DNA from: Xylographa opegraphella
Taxonomy: Eukaryota
Direction: 5' to 3'
NCBI GenBank assembly: GCA_022813865.1
Contig: JALDZX010000024.1
Span: 306,961 to 326,960 of the forward strand
Length of the DNA: 20,000 nucleotides
The translations under genes were made by a program, and so were the position numbers. A model generated the notes under the pieces. It had not been told where the DNA came from. It saw nothing but the letters and a program-made list of their open reading frames with translations, and did no database searches. Shown here piece after piece: positions 19,687 through 20,000 of this stretch. Within the stretch, counting starts at the first letter, position 1. Every line of letters starts with the position of its first letter.

Positions 19687-20000
19687 GAAGAATGAAGAAG
19701 CAAGCCAGGCAGAGAGGGTTTCCGGGCAGGGGAGAGTAGTGGGATGGGCGCAGGTTATGAAGGATGAGAAGAGACCCTGAGATCTGCTTGGGGCATGGGA
19801 GGAGGGACCGGAGCAAGATGCAGAAGCACTACGCACGAGGTTGATTGGCAACGGGTGCCCATTCAGAACAGATACGCGGGTCGACGCTTTCCCTTTTGAC
19901 GATGACTCTGTAATCTGAATACCTCCTTAAGCCGTATGGAATAATACCTGGGATTGGGAGGGTAGGATTACTGAGGTGCCTGGGACGAGCCGGGGGGGGG

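Noticed and set aside
19992..20000. Poly-G run at the window end
   Set aside because: Truncated by the window edge; cannot tell a real homopolymer from an assembly or sequencing artefact.
1..20000. Transposons, CRISPR arrays, rRNA/tRNA genes, secondary-metabolite or defence clusters
   Set aside because: No transposase/RT motifs, long terminal repeats, spaced repeat arrays or RNA-gene signatures seen; nearly all sequence is accounted for by six conserved genes.

Overview
Gene-dense, intron-containing genomic DNA from a filamentous ascomycete (Pezizomycotina-type proteins; GT..CTRAY..YAG introns, mostly 46-66 nt). Six protein-coding genes were reconstructed by hand: (1) the 5' part of the mitochondrial glycine carrier HEM25/SLC25A38 (minus strand, runs off the left edge, absent from the ORF track); (2) TRAPPC11, divergent from it; (3) an MGCC-lipidated UBTD/DC-UbP-type ubiquitin-domain protein whose first coding exon is just ATG; (4) the 4-domain Ca2+ channel CCH1 (9 exons, ~2238 aa, N/E/E/E filter); (5) the SEACIT/GATOR1 subunit NPR3, convergent with CCH1; (6) an Nrg1/CSP-1-like C2H2 zinc-finger factor. 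I saw no mobile element, RNA gene or CRISPR array. This is essentially a conserved housekeeping/signalling region, and I found no clear-cut new multi-gene system. The best leads are RNA-level and unproven: a folded three-way-junction element in an oversized intron of the UBTD gene, a similar hairpin series in TRAPPC11 intron 1, a 211-codon AUG-less in-frame leader on the zinc-finger gene, two stop-free 3n introns with weak signals, and symmetric G-quadruplex-prone tracts at the convergent CCH1/NPR3 stop codons.
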